Positions 31,663-40,147 of a DNA stretch of 64,000 nt are shown piece by piece. How positions within the stretch are numbered: position 1 is the stretch's first letter; the number at the start of each line of letters is the position of its first letter. The DNA comes from Candidatus Binatia bacterium. GTDB taxonomy: Bacteria > Desulfobacterota > Binatia > Bin18. The stretch spans positions 3,520,001 to 3,584,000 of the forward strand of contig OY761159.2 in the NCBI GenBank assembly GCA_963664395.2, read 5' to 3'. The position numbers and the translations under genes are program-made. Under the pieces are notes generated by a model. It saw nothing but the letters and a program-made list of their open reading frames with translations, ran no database searches and was not told where the DNA came from.

Positions 31663-31742
31663 GATCTCTTCCCTCTATCACATTATTCATCCGCATACCT
31701 TATAATACATAAACTATTGTGCAAGAACCTGCTATGCGGTCC

Positions 31743-31981
31743 AACTCCCCCCAGATATCTTCGATTAAAAGGCAGATAGATTCCCCATCCCCTCTTTGTG
31801 CCGCGTAGGGGCGGGGTGGGTTTCGTAGTTTCGCCGCGCTGCCCGAACGAAGAGGGAACCCACCCCGGCCTGCGGCCACCCCTCCAAGGAGGGGAGTATC
31901 CACCCCGGCCTGCGGCCACCCCTCCAAGGAGGGGAGCTGGAGGGTCTTGGCTTTGTGTTCTGCCGGGCGAGTTGGTAGGGT
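31743..31981. repeat. linker + family A REP units + repeated promoter segment
   Basis: Reverse unit 31786, forward units 31857 and 31899, then TTGTGT-17-TAGGGT shared with 32564-32592. Confidence 0.8.
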
Positions 31982-32006
31982 GAGCGTCAAGGGTTGGGAG
32001 GGAACT

Positions 32007-32243
32007 ATCAACAATCTTACATTCTCGCCGGAAGCGGTTGCGGCTCTGCAAGCGCTGGTCGCCCCGAACTGGGTGGACATCGGGGGGCTTATCATCGGGC
32101 TGGCGCAATGTGGCTTGATTTATTACGGCCTGAGACTAATGAACCTGGGGTCCGCGGAACGCACAGCGCAACTCACGGCCCAGCACGAAGAAGCCATGAC
32201 GGCCCTCAAGGAACTCATCCACCGGACCACTTCTCGTCCATAA
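32007..32243 (+). CDS. small single-TM hypothetical protein (ATC at the expected start)
   Basis: GGAGGG RBS then ATC; NWVDIGGLIIGLAQCGLIYYGL TM, HEEAMTALKELI coiled tail. Confidence 0.55.
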   Translation: MNNLTFSPEAVAALQALVAPNWVDIGGLIIGLAQCGLIYYGLRLMNLGSAERTAQLTAQHEEAMTALKELIHRTTSRP

Positions 32244-32301
32244 ACGCCAGACACCCGCCGAATCCCCTGCGGTTATAGCCCTTCTTATCGACGATTGGGT
32301 G

Positions 32302-32369
32302 TAACATCACCCAGAACACGACTCAGACAGCAGAAGACAAGGGTTTCGGCCCTTGCCTTCTTTTTTTGT
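32302..32369 (+). terminator. ~67-bp stop+terminator repeat, copy 3
   Basis: TAACATCACCCAGAACACGACTCAGACAGCAGAAGACAAGGGTTTCGGCCCTTGCCTTC-T7. Confidence 0.85.
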
Positions 32370-32377
32370 CCTGAACA

Positions 32378-32592
32378 ATCCCCTCTTGGGAGGGAAAGAG
32401 GAAACGTGTCCTTAATAGAGCAGGTAGATGTTGACACGTTTCCTCTTTGTGCCGCGTAGCGGCGGGGTGGGTTTCGTAGTCTCGCCGTGCTGCGCTGGCC
32501 GAACAGGAACCCACCCCGGCCTTCGGCCACCCCTCCAAGGAGGGGAGCTGGAGGGTCTTGGCTTTGCGTTTTGCCGGGCGAGTTGGTAGGCT
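32378..32592. repeat. family A REP pair with family B insert (32395-32448) + promoter segment
   Basis: Same composite as 26728-26826; TTGCGT-17-TAGGCT ends 9 nt before ATG 32602. Confidence 0.85.
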
Positions 32593-32601
32593 GGGTGCCC
32601 T

Positions 32602-33109
32602 ATGGCGAGCGCAACATTTGATACCTTACACGCGGCCAAGGCGCTGACGGCGGCGGGCTTTGAGGCACAGCAAGCCGAGGCAATCACGGACACGATCCGA
32701 GAGGCGTTTACCGAGAGTGTAGCCACCAAGGCCGATATCGCCGGCCTGGAAGCAGCCGTAACCGCAGATATCGCCGAGGTCAAGGCGGAGTTGAAGGCCG
32801 ATATCGCCGGCCTGGAAGCAGCCGTAACCGCAGATATCGCCGAGGAAGGCGGAGTTGAAGGCCGATATTGCTGAGGTAAGGACGGAAATCGCCGAGGTGA
32901 AGGCCGAGTTGAAGGCAGATATCGCCGAGGTGAAGGCGGAGTTGAAGGCCGATATTGCCGAGGTAAGGACGGAAATCGCCGAGGTGAAGACGGAAATCGC
33001 CGAGTTGAAGGCCGAATTGAAAGCCGACATCGCGGGCATATACAAGCAGCTCTGGCTGGTAGCGCTGGGCATCGTGACGGCAGTCGCGGCGATTGTGAAA
33101 CTGTTGTAA
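32602..33109 (+). CDS. DUF1640/CCDC90-like coiled-coil membrane protein, copy 1 (frameshift ~32846)
   Basis: FDTLHAAKALTAAGF..QQAEAI head, ATKADI neck, ADIAEVKAELK repeats, TM anchor. Confidence 0.8.
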
Positions 33110-33119
33110 GGGACAGGCT

Positions 33120-33388
33120 ATGGCGAGCGCAACGTTTGATACCTTACACGCGGCCAAGGCGCTGACCGCGGCGGGCTTTGAGTCCCAACAAGCCGAGGCG
33201 ATCACGACACGATCCGGGACGCCTTCACCGAGAGTGTCGCCACCAAGGCCGACATCGCCGAGGTGAAGACGGAAATCGCCGAGTTGAAGGCCGAGTTGAA
33301 AGCCGACATCGCGGGCATATACAAGCAGCTCTGGCTGGTAGCGCTGGGCATCGTGACGGCCGTCGCGGCGATTGTGAAACTGTTGTAA
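33120..33388 (+). CDS. DUF1640/CCDC90-like protein, copy 2 (frameshift ~33207)
   Basis: Near-identical head and anchor DNA to copy 1, short stalk. Confidence 0.75.
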
Positions 33389-33402
33389 GCAGGACAGGTT
33401 CT

Positions 33403-33705
33403 ATGGCAACGGCGACGTTTGATACCTTACACGCGGCCAAGGCGCTGACCGCGGCGGGCTTTGAGGCCCAACAAGCCGAGGCGATCACCGATACGATCCG
33501 GGACGCCTTCACCGAGAGCGTGGCCACCAAGGCCGACATCGCCGAGTTGAGGGCGGATATAGCGAGCCTGGAAACGCGGCTGGTCGAACGGATAGACGCG
33601 GTGGAAACGCGGGTGGCAGAGCGTTTTGAGGCGCTCTACAAGCAGCTCTGGCTGATGGCGCTGGGCATCGTGACGGCAGTCGCGGCGATTGTGAAACTGT
33701 TGTAG
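33403..33705 (+). CDS. DUF1640/CCDC90-like protein, copy 3
   Basis: Intact 100-aa ORF, same head and anchor, different stalk. Confidence 0.85.
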   Translation: MATATFDTLHAAKALTAAGFEAQQAEAITDTIRDAFTESVATKADIAELRADIASLETRLVERIDAVETRVAERFEALYKQLWLMALGIVTAVAAIVKLL

Positions 33706-33835
33706 ATGTCCGGGAACCCCTCAGTCCTCCTTGCTCAGGGGGAATTCAAGGATATCAAAGGATATCAAAGGATATCATCGGATATCATCCGTGTGTTCCA
33801 ACTGAGACCACGCAGAAACTATTGCCAACAGAACC

Positions 33836-35038
33836 ATGAGCGAGCAGGCAGAGCCGATTATCCACAGCTACGACCTGGGCAAGTGCTATAAGCTGTACGC
33901 CCGCCCGTTTGACCGGCTCAAAGAACTCTTTGCCTGGCGTGGCCGCCACTATTCCCAGGATTTCTGGGCGCTCCAGGCCGTCAACTTTAGCGTGCAGCCG
34001 GGCGAGTCGTGGGGCATTATCGGGCGTAACGGGGCAGGCAAATCGACCCTGCTCAAACTCATCAGCGGCGTCACCCGACCGTCCACCGGCACGCTGACCG
34101 TCTCGGGCCGCATCGGGGCGCTGTTGGAACTCGGCACCGGCTTCCACCCGGAATACACCGGGCGGGAGAACATCTATTTTTCCGCGGCCATGCTGGGGCT
34201 TGAGCAGGCCGAAATCGAATCCGTCCTGCCCGACATTCTGGACTTTGCCGATATCACCGAGTTTATCGACCGCCCGGTCAAAACCTATTCGTCCGGCATG
34301 TTCATGCGCCTCGGATTTGCCGTGGCGACCAGTATTCGACCGGATATCCTGATTACCGACGAAGTCCTGGCCGTTGGGGATGAGGCCTTTCAGAAGAAGT
34401 GCATTCGCCGCATGGAAGCGTTTCTCGAACAGGGCAAGAGCCTGCTGTTCTGTTCCCACAGCACCTACCATGTGCGCAAGCTGTGCCAAAAAGCGTTGTG
34501 GATCGACCACGGCGAGGTGCGCCTGTCAGGAGCAGCGGCTGAGGTCACCCTGGCGTATGAAGATTATCTGCGCGACATTGAGGCCCAAGCGGCAGAAGAG
34601 CACGCGGAAGCCCGTCACGCGCCCGACCTGTCGGCCTACAGTCGGCTGCAACAGGTGCGGTTGCTGAACAGCGACGATCAGGAGGTCACGACTTTTGCCA
34701 TGGGCGACACGGCGCGGCTTGAAATTATTGCAGAGACACCGGACGGGGAGGCGCCGGTCATCGCGGTCGGCTTGGTGCGGAACGATCTGACCTCTATCTA
34801 TGGCGTCTTTAGTGATATGGATCAGGTCGAACCGCAGCGCCTTGACGCCCACACGTTTCGGATCGTGTACGAATTGTACGACCTGAGCCTCCTGCCGGGC
34901 AGCTACACCCTCCGGGCGCACGTCCTTGACCGGCAGGGTCTACGCATGTTTGATACCGTGGAAAAGGACTTTTCGGTGCGGGGCGACACGCGCGAGCTGG
35001 GGCTGTGTCGCTTGCCGCATCGCTGGACGTTTGAGTAG
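33836..35038 (+). CDS. wzt: polysaccharide ABC transporter ATPase with C-terminal carbohydrate-binding domain
   Basis: GRNGAGKST, YSSGMFMRL, DEVLAVGD, ~150-aa C-terminal extension. Confidence 0.93.
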   Translation: MSEQAEPIIHSYDLGKCYKLYARPFDRLKELFAWRGRHYSQDFWALQAVNFSVQPGESWGIIGRNGAGKSTLLKLISGVTRPSTGTLTVSGRIGALLELGTGFHPEYTGRENIYFSAAMLGLEQAEIESVLPDILDFADITEFIDRPVKTYSSGMFMRLGFAVATSIRPDILITDEVLAVGDEAFQKKCIRRMEAFLEQGKSLLFCSHSTYHVRKLCQKALWIDHGEVRLSGAAAEVTLAYEDYLRDIEAQAAEEHAEARHAPDLSAYSRLQQVRLLNSDDQEVTTFAMGDTARLEIIAETPDGEAPVIAVGLVRNDLTSIYGVFSDMDQVEPQRLDAHTFRIVYELYDLSLLPGSYTLRAHVLDRQGLRMFDTVEKDFSVRGDTRELGLCRLPHRWTFE

Positions 35039-35049
35039 AAAATCGTCCT

Positions 35050-35832
35050 ATGTTTGCCGTCCTGACGACGCATCGCTATCTCTTGGTGACCATGGTCCGG
35101 CGTGAGATCGGCGCGCGCTTCGCCGGTACGAGTCTGGGCGGCCTGTGGTCCTTGATCCAGCCGGCCATCCTGTTGGGCCTGTACACCATGGTGTTCTCGG
35201 TCATCTACCGGGTGGGCGAGGTCGAAGGCGGGCATGGCTTTCCGGAGTTTGTCTTCTGTGGCCTGTGGCCGTGGCTGGCGTTTCAGGAAGCCTGCCTACG
35301 CTCCGTTGCTGCAATCACGGCCAATGCGAATCTGGTGAAAAAATTGCAATTCCCGTCAGAACTGCTGGTCGTGGCTGCGGTGCTCTCCAGCTTTCTGGTG
35401 CAGGGAGTTGGTTTCCTCCTCTTTCTGATCGGTCTGATGGTGTGGAAAGGCACGCTCATAGGTGCTGCCGGGCTGCTGCTGTGTATTCCCCTCGGTCTTT
35501 CTCTGCTCCTGGCGATTGGGCTGGGCATGCTGCTCGCCTGTGGCAATGTCTTCTTTCGGGATGTCGAACAACTCACCACCGCGGGTTTTACGCTCTGGTT
35601 TTTTCTGACGCCGATTCTGTATCCGGCCAGTCTCATCCCGGAATCCATCGGCCCGCTGTTCGTATTGAACCCCATGGTCGCGATTACCGATGCCTACCGT
35701 TCTATTATTCTGTCGGGGAGCTTTACCCCAGGCGGCACGTTCGTGTACAGCGTGTGTTGTGCGGTTGGATTCTTCTGTTTTGGCCAGTATGCGTTCCAGC
35801 GCTGCCGCGGGTTTTTTGCCGATTATCTCTAA
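35050..35832 (+). CDS. wzm: polysaccharide ABC transporter permease
   Basis: LGGLWSLIQP, LVKKLQFP, FFRD, FLTPILYP, LNP. Confidence 0.93.
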   Translation: MFAVLTTHRYLLVTMVRREIGARFAGTSLGGLWSLIQPAILLGLYTMVFSVIYRVGEVEGGHGFPEFVFCGLWPWLAFQEACLRSVAAITANANLVKKLQFPSELLVVAAVLSSFLVQGVGFLLFLIGLMVWKGTLIGAAGLLLCIPLGLSLLLAIGLGMLLACGNVFFRDVEQLTTAGFTLWFFLTPILYPASLIPESIGPLFVLNPMVAITDAYRSIILSGSFTPGGTFVYSVCCAVGFFCFGQYAFQRCRGFFADYL

Positions 35833-35850
35833 GAACGTGAGAAAACCGCT

Positions 35851-36693
35851 ATGGCTGATCGTTTTGATTACGCCGACTACGAATTCACGCTGCGTGACAG
35901 GCAGTGGAACCGTGATGCGCTTGCCGTGCATGTCTCCCATTTCCAGGGCTGTCGTAAAGTCCTGGACCTCGCCTGCGGCTCGGGTATTTTCCTGGAACTG
36001 TTGGCCGAGCAGGATATTCCCGCCATTGGCGTTGAACGCAACCCAGACGTTGTGGCCTGGGTGAAACAGCACGGCTGGGATATCATTGAGCAGGATGTCT
36101 TTCCTTTCTTGGAACAGACGCAGGAGACCTATGACGGCATTTTTTGCTCGCATTTTCTTGAGCACTTGCCCTTTGCCGAGGTCCTGCGTTTTTTTGAATT
36201 ACTTGCGCCTCGCGTCAGTGCAGCGGGAACCGTGGTGATTGTTGTGCCGAATCCCGAGTCGGTCCGTATGCAGTTGTTCGGATTTTGGCGCGATCCTGAG
36301 CATGTCCGTTTCTATCACCCTGAGCTGCTTGAAGCGGTCTTGCGGCACTTCGACTTTCAGGTGACGCACACAAATCGCGCAGACATCCCCTTTGCCATTG
36401 CCCCGCCCGCATTGCTTCCATTTTCCCATCGGTCGGAATCGAGCACGCGGCAGCCCGACCCGCGGCGGAGTTGGTTGAAAGAAAAAGCGAGAGCCACCTA
36501 CTTTCGATTTTTACGTCTGTTACGGATCACCCCCTATTCGGACCTGTTAGCTGTGGAGGAACACATTCGCCAACAGATGGAAGTTCAACGAGGGACCCTC
36601 GTCGGGTGGGCAGACAAAACAAATGAGGCCGTCAACCAGATGTGGGCTTGGCCCGACGATGTGTATATTGTCTGTCGCAAGACGGAAGCCTAG
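35851..36693 (+). CDS. class I SAM methyltransferase (WbbD/WsaE-like glycan-capping type)
   Basis: VLDLACGSG, SHFLEHL, VPNPE, FWRDPEH; next to wzm. Confidence 0.85.
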   Translation: MADRFDYADYEFTLRDRQWNRDALAVHVSHFQGCRKVLDLACGSGIFLELLAEQDIPAIGVERNPDVVAWVKQHGWDIIEQDVFPFLEQTQETYDGIFCSHFLEHLPFAEVLRFFELLAPRVSAAGTVVIVVPNPESVRMQLFGFWRDPEHVRFYHPELLEAVLRHFDFQVTHTNRADIPFAIAPPALLPFSHRSESSTRQPDPRRSWLKEKARATYFRFLRLLRITPYSDLLAVEEHIRQQMEVQRGTLVGWADKTNEAVNQMWAWPDDVYIVCRKTEA

Positions 36694-36722
36694 CTTCTGT
36701 ATCCTACCGCTGGCTATACGCT

Positions 36723-37690
36723 ATGACTGATCTTCCGCGCGTGTCCGTTCTTTTGGTCACGAAGAATGGTGAACGCTATCTTGCTGAAGCTCCTCCAAAG
36801 CATCCGGGCTCAGCAGGGGGGCTTCCGTCTCGCCGAGATTATTGCCGTTGATTCCGGCTCGCGCGACCGAACCCTGGCTATTCTTGAGTCGCACGCGGTG
36901 CGCGTCATACGGATTCCGCCCCAGGAATTTGGCCACGGTAAAACCCGTAACCTGGCCGCGGCATACGCCCACGGCGACTATCTGGTGTTTCTCACCCAGG
37001 ACGCGACCCCCGCCAATGCGGACTGGCTGGCGTCGCTGCTGGCACCCTTACTGGCCGAGCCGTCAATTGCCGGGGCGTATAGCCGCCAGCTCCCCCGACC
37101 GCACTGTCACCCCATGGAATGGCGGCGCATTGTTGAGGATGAGCTGTCAGGCCGGTCGGAATCTTGCCTGAACAGCCAGGCTGACCCCGACTATATCGCA
37201 CAATCCGGCCTCCTTTTATTTCTTCTCTAACGTCAGCTCGGTACTGCGTCGTAGCGTGTGGCAGCAATTCCCTTTCCCCGAGGTGGAATTTGCCGAAGAT
37301 CAACTCTGGGCAAAGGCCGTTCTTGAAGCCGGTTATCAGACCGCTTATCGAGCGGATTCGCTGGTGTATCATTCCCACGGCTATGGTCCCTGGATGAACC
37401 TCAGACGGCATTTCGACCACGCGTGCGCGGTGAACGATTTCAAGCAGGCCGCCCGTCTGTCGGTGTGGAGTCTCCTGCCTATGGCATGGCGCGCCGCCCG
37501 CCGCGATCTGTCCTTTTGGCGCTGGCTCAAAAACCAGGGACGGCTGCGCGTGGGACTCCGCTGGGGGGGCATAGCCCTGGCCTGGAATTTTGCGGCACTA
37601 TGGGGTATCTGGCTCGGCGAACGAAAGCAGGTTCTGGCTCCCTCTCTGGTATGTCGGATTTCTCTGCAAGAGAGTATTAAACGGAAATAA
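36723..37690 (+). CDS. GT2 (rhamnosyltransferase-like), two frameshifts (~36790, ~37200)
   Basis: KNGERYL, VDSGSRD, FGHGKTRN, FLTQDA, FAEDQ, VYHSH spread over three frames. Confidence 0.8.
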
Positions 37691-37697
37691 ACGATTC

Positions 37698-40112
37698 ATG
37701 CGTATTCTTCAGGTCGTACATGGCTATCCACCCCAGGAGTGGGGTGGGGCGGAACTGGTCACCGCGACCCTGGCCCAGGCGCTTGCGGAGCGTGGCCATC
37801 GTGTCACCGTCTTCGCTCGTACCGCCGACACCACAGCCGAGGAATTCTCGCTGCGAGACGATGAACCCGACGCGCCTGCCGACACGGACGCCCAGGTGCA
37901 TATGGTGCGTATGGTGCGTGTGGTGCGCGTTGTCAACAATCTCAGCCATGTCTCACACTTCCGCCTGGAGTATGACAGTCCGTTTCTCAACGAGGCATTC
38001 CAGCGGGTACTGGCCGACACCCGACCCGACATCGTTCATATTCAGCATGTCGGGCATCTGTCCGGCAGCCTGATCCAAGTTCCGGTCCAACTCGGCTATC
38101 CGGTTGTCCTCAGCCTGCACGATTTCTTTTTCGCCTGTTACCGCATCCACCTGATAGACAACCACACCCGCCTATGTCCGGGACCGGACCGGGGCGAGCG
38201 CTGTGTTGCCTGCTTACAGGTGGAGACAAGCGCGGATGAGGCGCGCCGGCGTTTTGCCTATTTTGAGCAACTCCTTCATATGCCGCAGCGCGTGATTGTT
38301 CCGTCCCAATTTCTGGCCGACAGAATGCAAGAGATTTTCCCTTTTGTGGAGCCGCGTCTCCACATTGTTGCACCCGGCATCGTTCCCGTCCGGCAGATAC
38401 GGCAAGAAGGCTGGAAAGATCAGCAGCCCGGTCCGCTCCGGGTGTTGTACATTGGCGTGCTCATGCCGCATAAAGGCCCGCACCTGCTCATTGAAGCAAC
38501 GCGCGGATTACCAAGTGGTAGCCTTGCCGTCTCCCTGTACGGTGGCCGCGTAGCGGCCTGGCAAGCCTATGCCGACCAACTGGAGGCAGACGCGGCAGAC
38601 CTGCCTGTCCGTTTTTGCGGAACCTACGAACATAATCAGTTGGGTACGATTCTGGCTCAGCACGATGTGTTGGTTGTTGCCAGCATGTGCGAGGAAACCT
38701 TTTCACTGGTTACGCGGGAGGCTCTTCAGGCCGGTCTGCCGGTCATTGCCGCCAGGCGTGGCGCCCTGCCCGAAGTCATTCGGGACGGGGTGAACGGTCT
38801 GCTGTTTGAACCCGAGAACGCCGACGACCTGCGGCGCTGCCTGGAGCGACTGCGAACCGACACCCGGCTGCGTGAACAGCTCACACCCGCCGCGACGCCA
38901 ATCCGAGACCCGGCGGCATACGCCCAGGATATGGAAGCCGTATATGAGGCCGTGCGGGCCAAGCCTGTGGAAGAAATCCCGTCCCCCGGCCCTCTCTCGG
39001 CGGGTGCGGAGAGGCCGAAACTGACAACGATACGGCCTGTGAGTGTGTGTGTGCCCACGTATAACGGTGCGGCGTTTATCGAAGAAACGCTGCGTAGTAT
39101 CGTGAACCAAAGCTATCAGGATTTTGAACTCCTGATTGTTGATGACGGCTCAACCGACGCCACGCTCGATATCGTCCAGTCGTTCTCTGACCCGAGGATA
39201 CAAGTACACCGGAATCCGGAACGGCTTGGCATCCCGGCCAATTGGAACCGTTGCCTTGAACTCGCCGGTGGAGAGTTTGTATGTCTCTTTCATCAGGACG
39301 ACGTCATGCTGCCCGAAAATTTGGAGCGCAAAGTCCAACTGCTGAGTGCAGACCCGACGCTCGGCTTTGTCCATTCTGCGGTAGAAACGCTGGTTGATGA
39401 GTCGGCGCCAAGCTCGTTTGCCGACTGGATTGAGGACGCGACCGAAGACACGGTCTGGGGCGGACCGGAGTATTTTCGGACCCTGCTCCTCCGGGGGAAT
39501 CGGGTGTGTGCGCCGACAGTAATGGCCCGGCGCCGCGCCCTGCTCGAACAGGGCGGGTTTGACCGGGACCTGGGCTTTGCCTGTGACTATGCAATGTGGC
39601 TCAGGCTGTGTATGACGCAGCGGGTTGGCTTTCTGGCCAGCCCCTTGGTCCGCTATCGCTGGCATGGCGGCAACGCCTCGCATGCCTACCAGTTTGAGCG
39701 TGGCGTGGAGGAAATTACTGAAGCCGGTCGCCGTGCACTCAAACTCTCTCAAGACCAGGTCAGGCAGTCCGACGGGCTAGTGTTGGGCGAAGCCTTCAGC
39801 ACGTTGACCAAGCTCCGCCGCTGGATTGGCGAACTGGAACGCGGCAAAGCCTGGCTGGAAGCCCAACAGGCCAGTTGGCGTAGTGTGGTCGAAACCCAGA
39901 ACACCCTCATTCACGAACTCAAGGGCTGGATAGAAGAACTCGAAACAGGCAACTCGAAACAAGCCGCAAAAGACATGGTTGGAAGAGCAGCGGAACAACT
40001 GGGAGAAAATTGCTCGGCAGCACGGAGAACAAGCCGAACACTGGCAGGCGCAGACACGCCACTGGCAAGAGAGTTTTTGGGGTCGCCTGGGAACCCGTTT
40101 GAAACTGGTTAA
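37698..40112 (+). CDS. GT4-GT2 fusion with coiled-coil tail (C-terminus garbled ~39950)
   Basis: MRILQVVHGYPP, EETFSLV.REA, VPTYNG, VDDGSTD, HQDD, WIGELERGKAWLE. Confidence 0.88.
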   Translation: MRILQVVHGYPPQEWGGAELVTATLAQALAERGHRVTVFARTADTTAEEFSLRDDEPDAPADTDAQVHMVRMVRVVRVVNNLSHVSHFRLEYDSPFLNEAFQRVLADTRPDIVHIQHVGHLSGSLIQVPVQLGYPVVLSLHDFFFACYRIHLIDNHTRLCPGPDRGERCVACLQVETSADEARRRFAYFEQLLHMPQRVIVPSQFLADRMQEIFPFVEPRLHIVAPGIVPVRQIRQEGWKDQQPGPLRVLYIGVLMPHKGPHLLIEATRGLPSGSLAVSLYGGRVAAWQAYADQLEADAADLPVRFCGTYEHNQLGTILAQHDVLVVASMCEETFSLVTREALQAGLPVIAARRGALPEVIRDGVNGLLFEPENADDLRRCLERLRTDTRLREQLTPAATPIRDPAAYAQDMEAVYEAVRAKPVEEIPSPGPLSAGAERPKLTTIRPVSVCVPTYNGAAFIEETLRSIVNQSYQDFELLIVDDGSTDATLDIVQSFSDPRIQVHRNPERLGIPANWNRCLELAGGEFVCLFHQDDVMLPENLERKVQLLSADPTLGFVHSAVETLVDESAPSSFADWIEDATEDTVWGGPEYFRTLLLRGNRVCAPTVMARRRALLEQGGFDRDLGFACDYAMWLRLCMTQRVGFLASPLVRYRWHGGNASHAYQFERGVEEITEAGRRALKLSQDQVRQSDGLVLGEAFSTLTKLRRWIGELERGKAWLEAQQASWRSVVETQNTLIHELKGWIEELETGNSKQAAKDMVGRAAEQLGENCSAARRTSRTLAGADTPLAREFLGSPGNPFETG

Positions 40113-40147
40113 GCCGGTCCAGGAGTTTCCAACCAAAGCAGAAAACA

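Noticed and set aside
30326-33705. Classical integron
   Set aside because: No tyrosine recombinase in the window and no convincing RYYYAAC...GTTRRRY attC structure; the repeats are terminators and REPs
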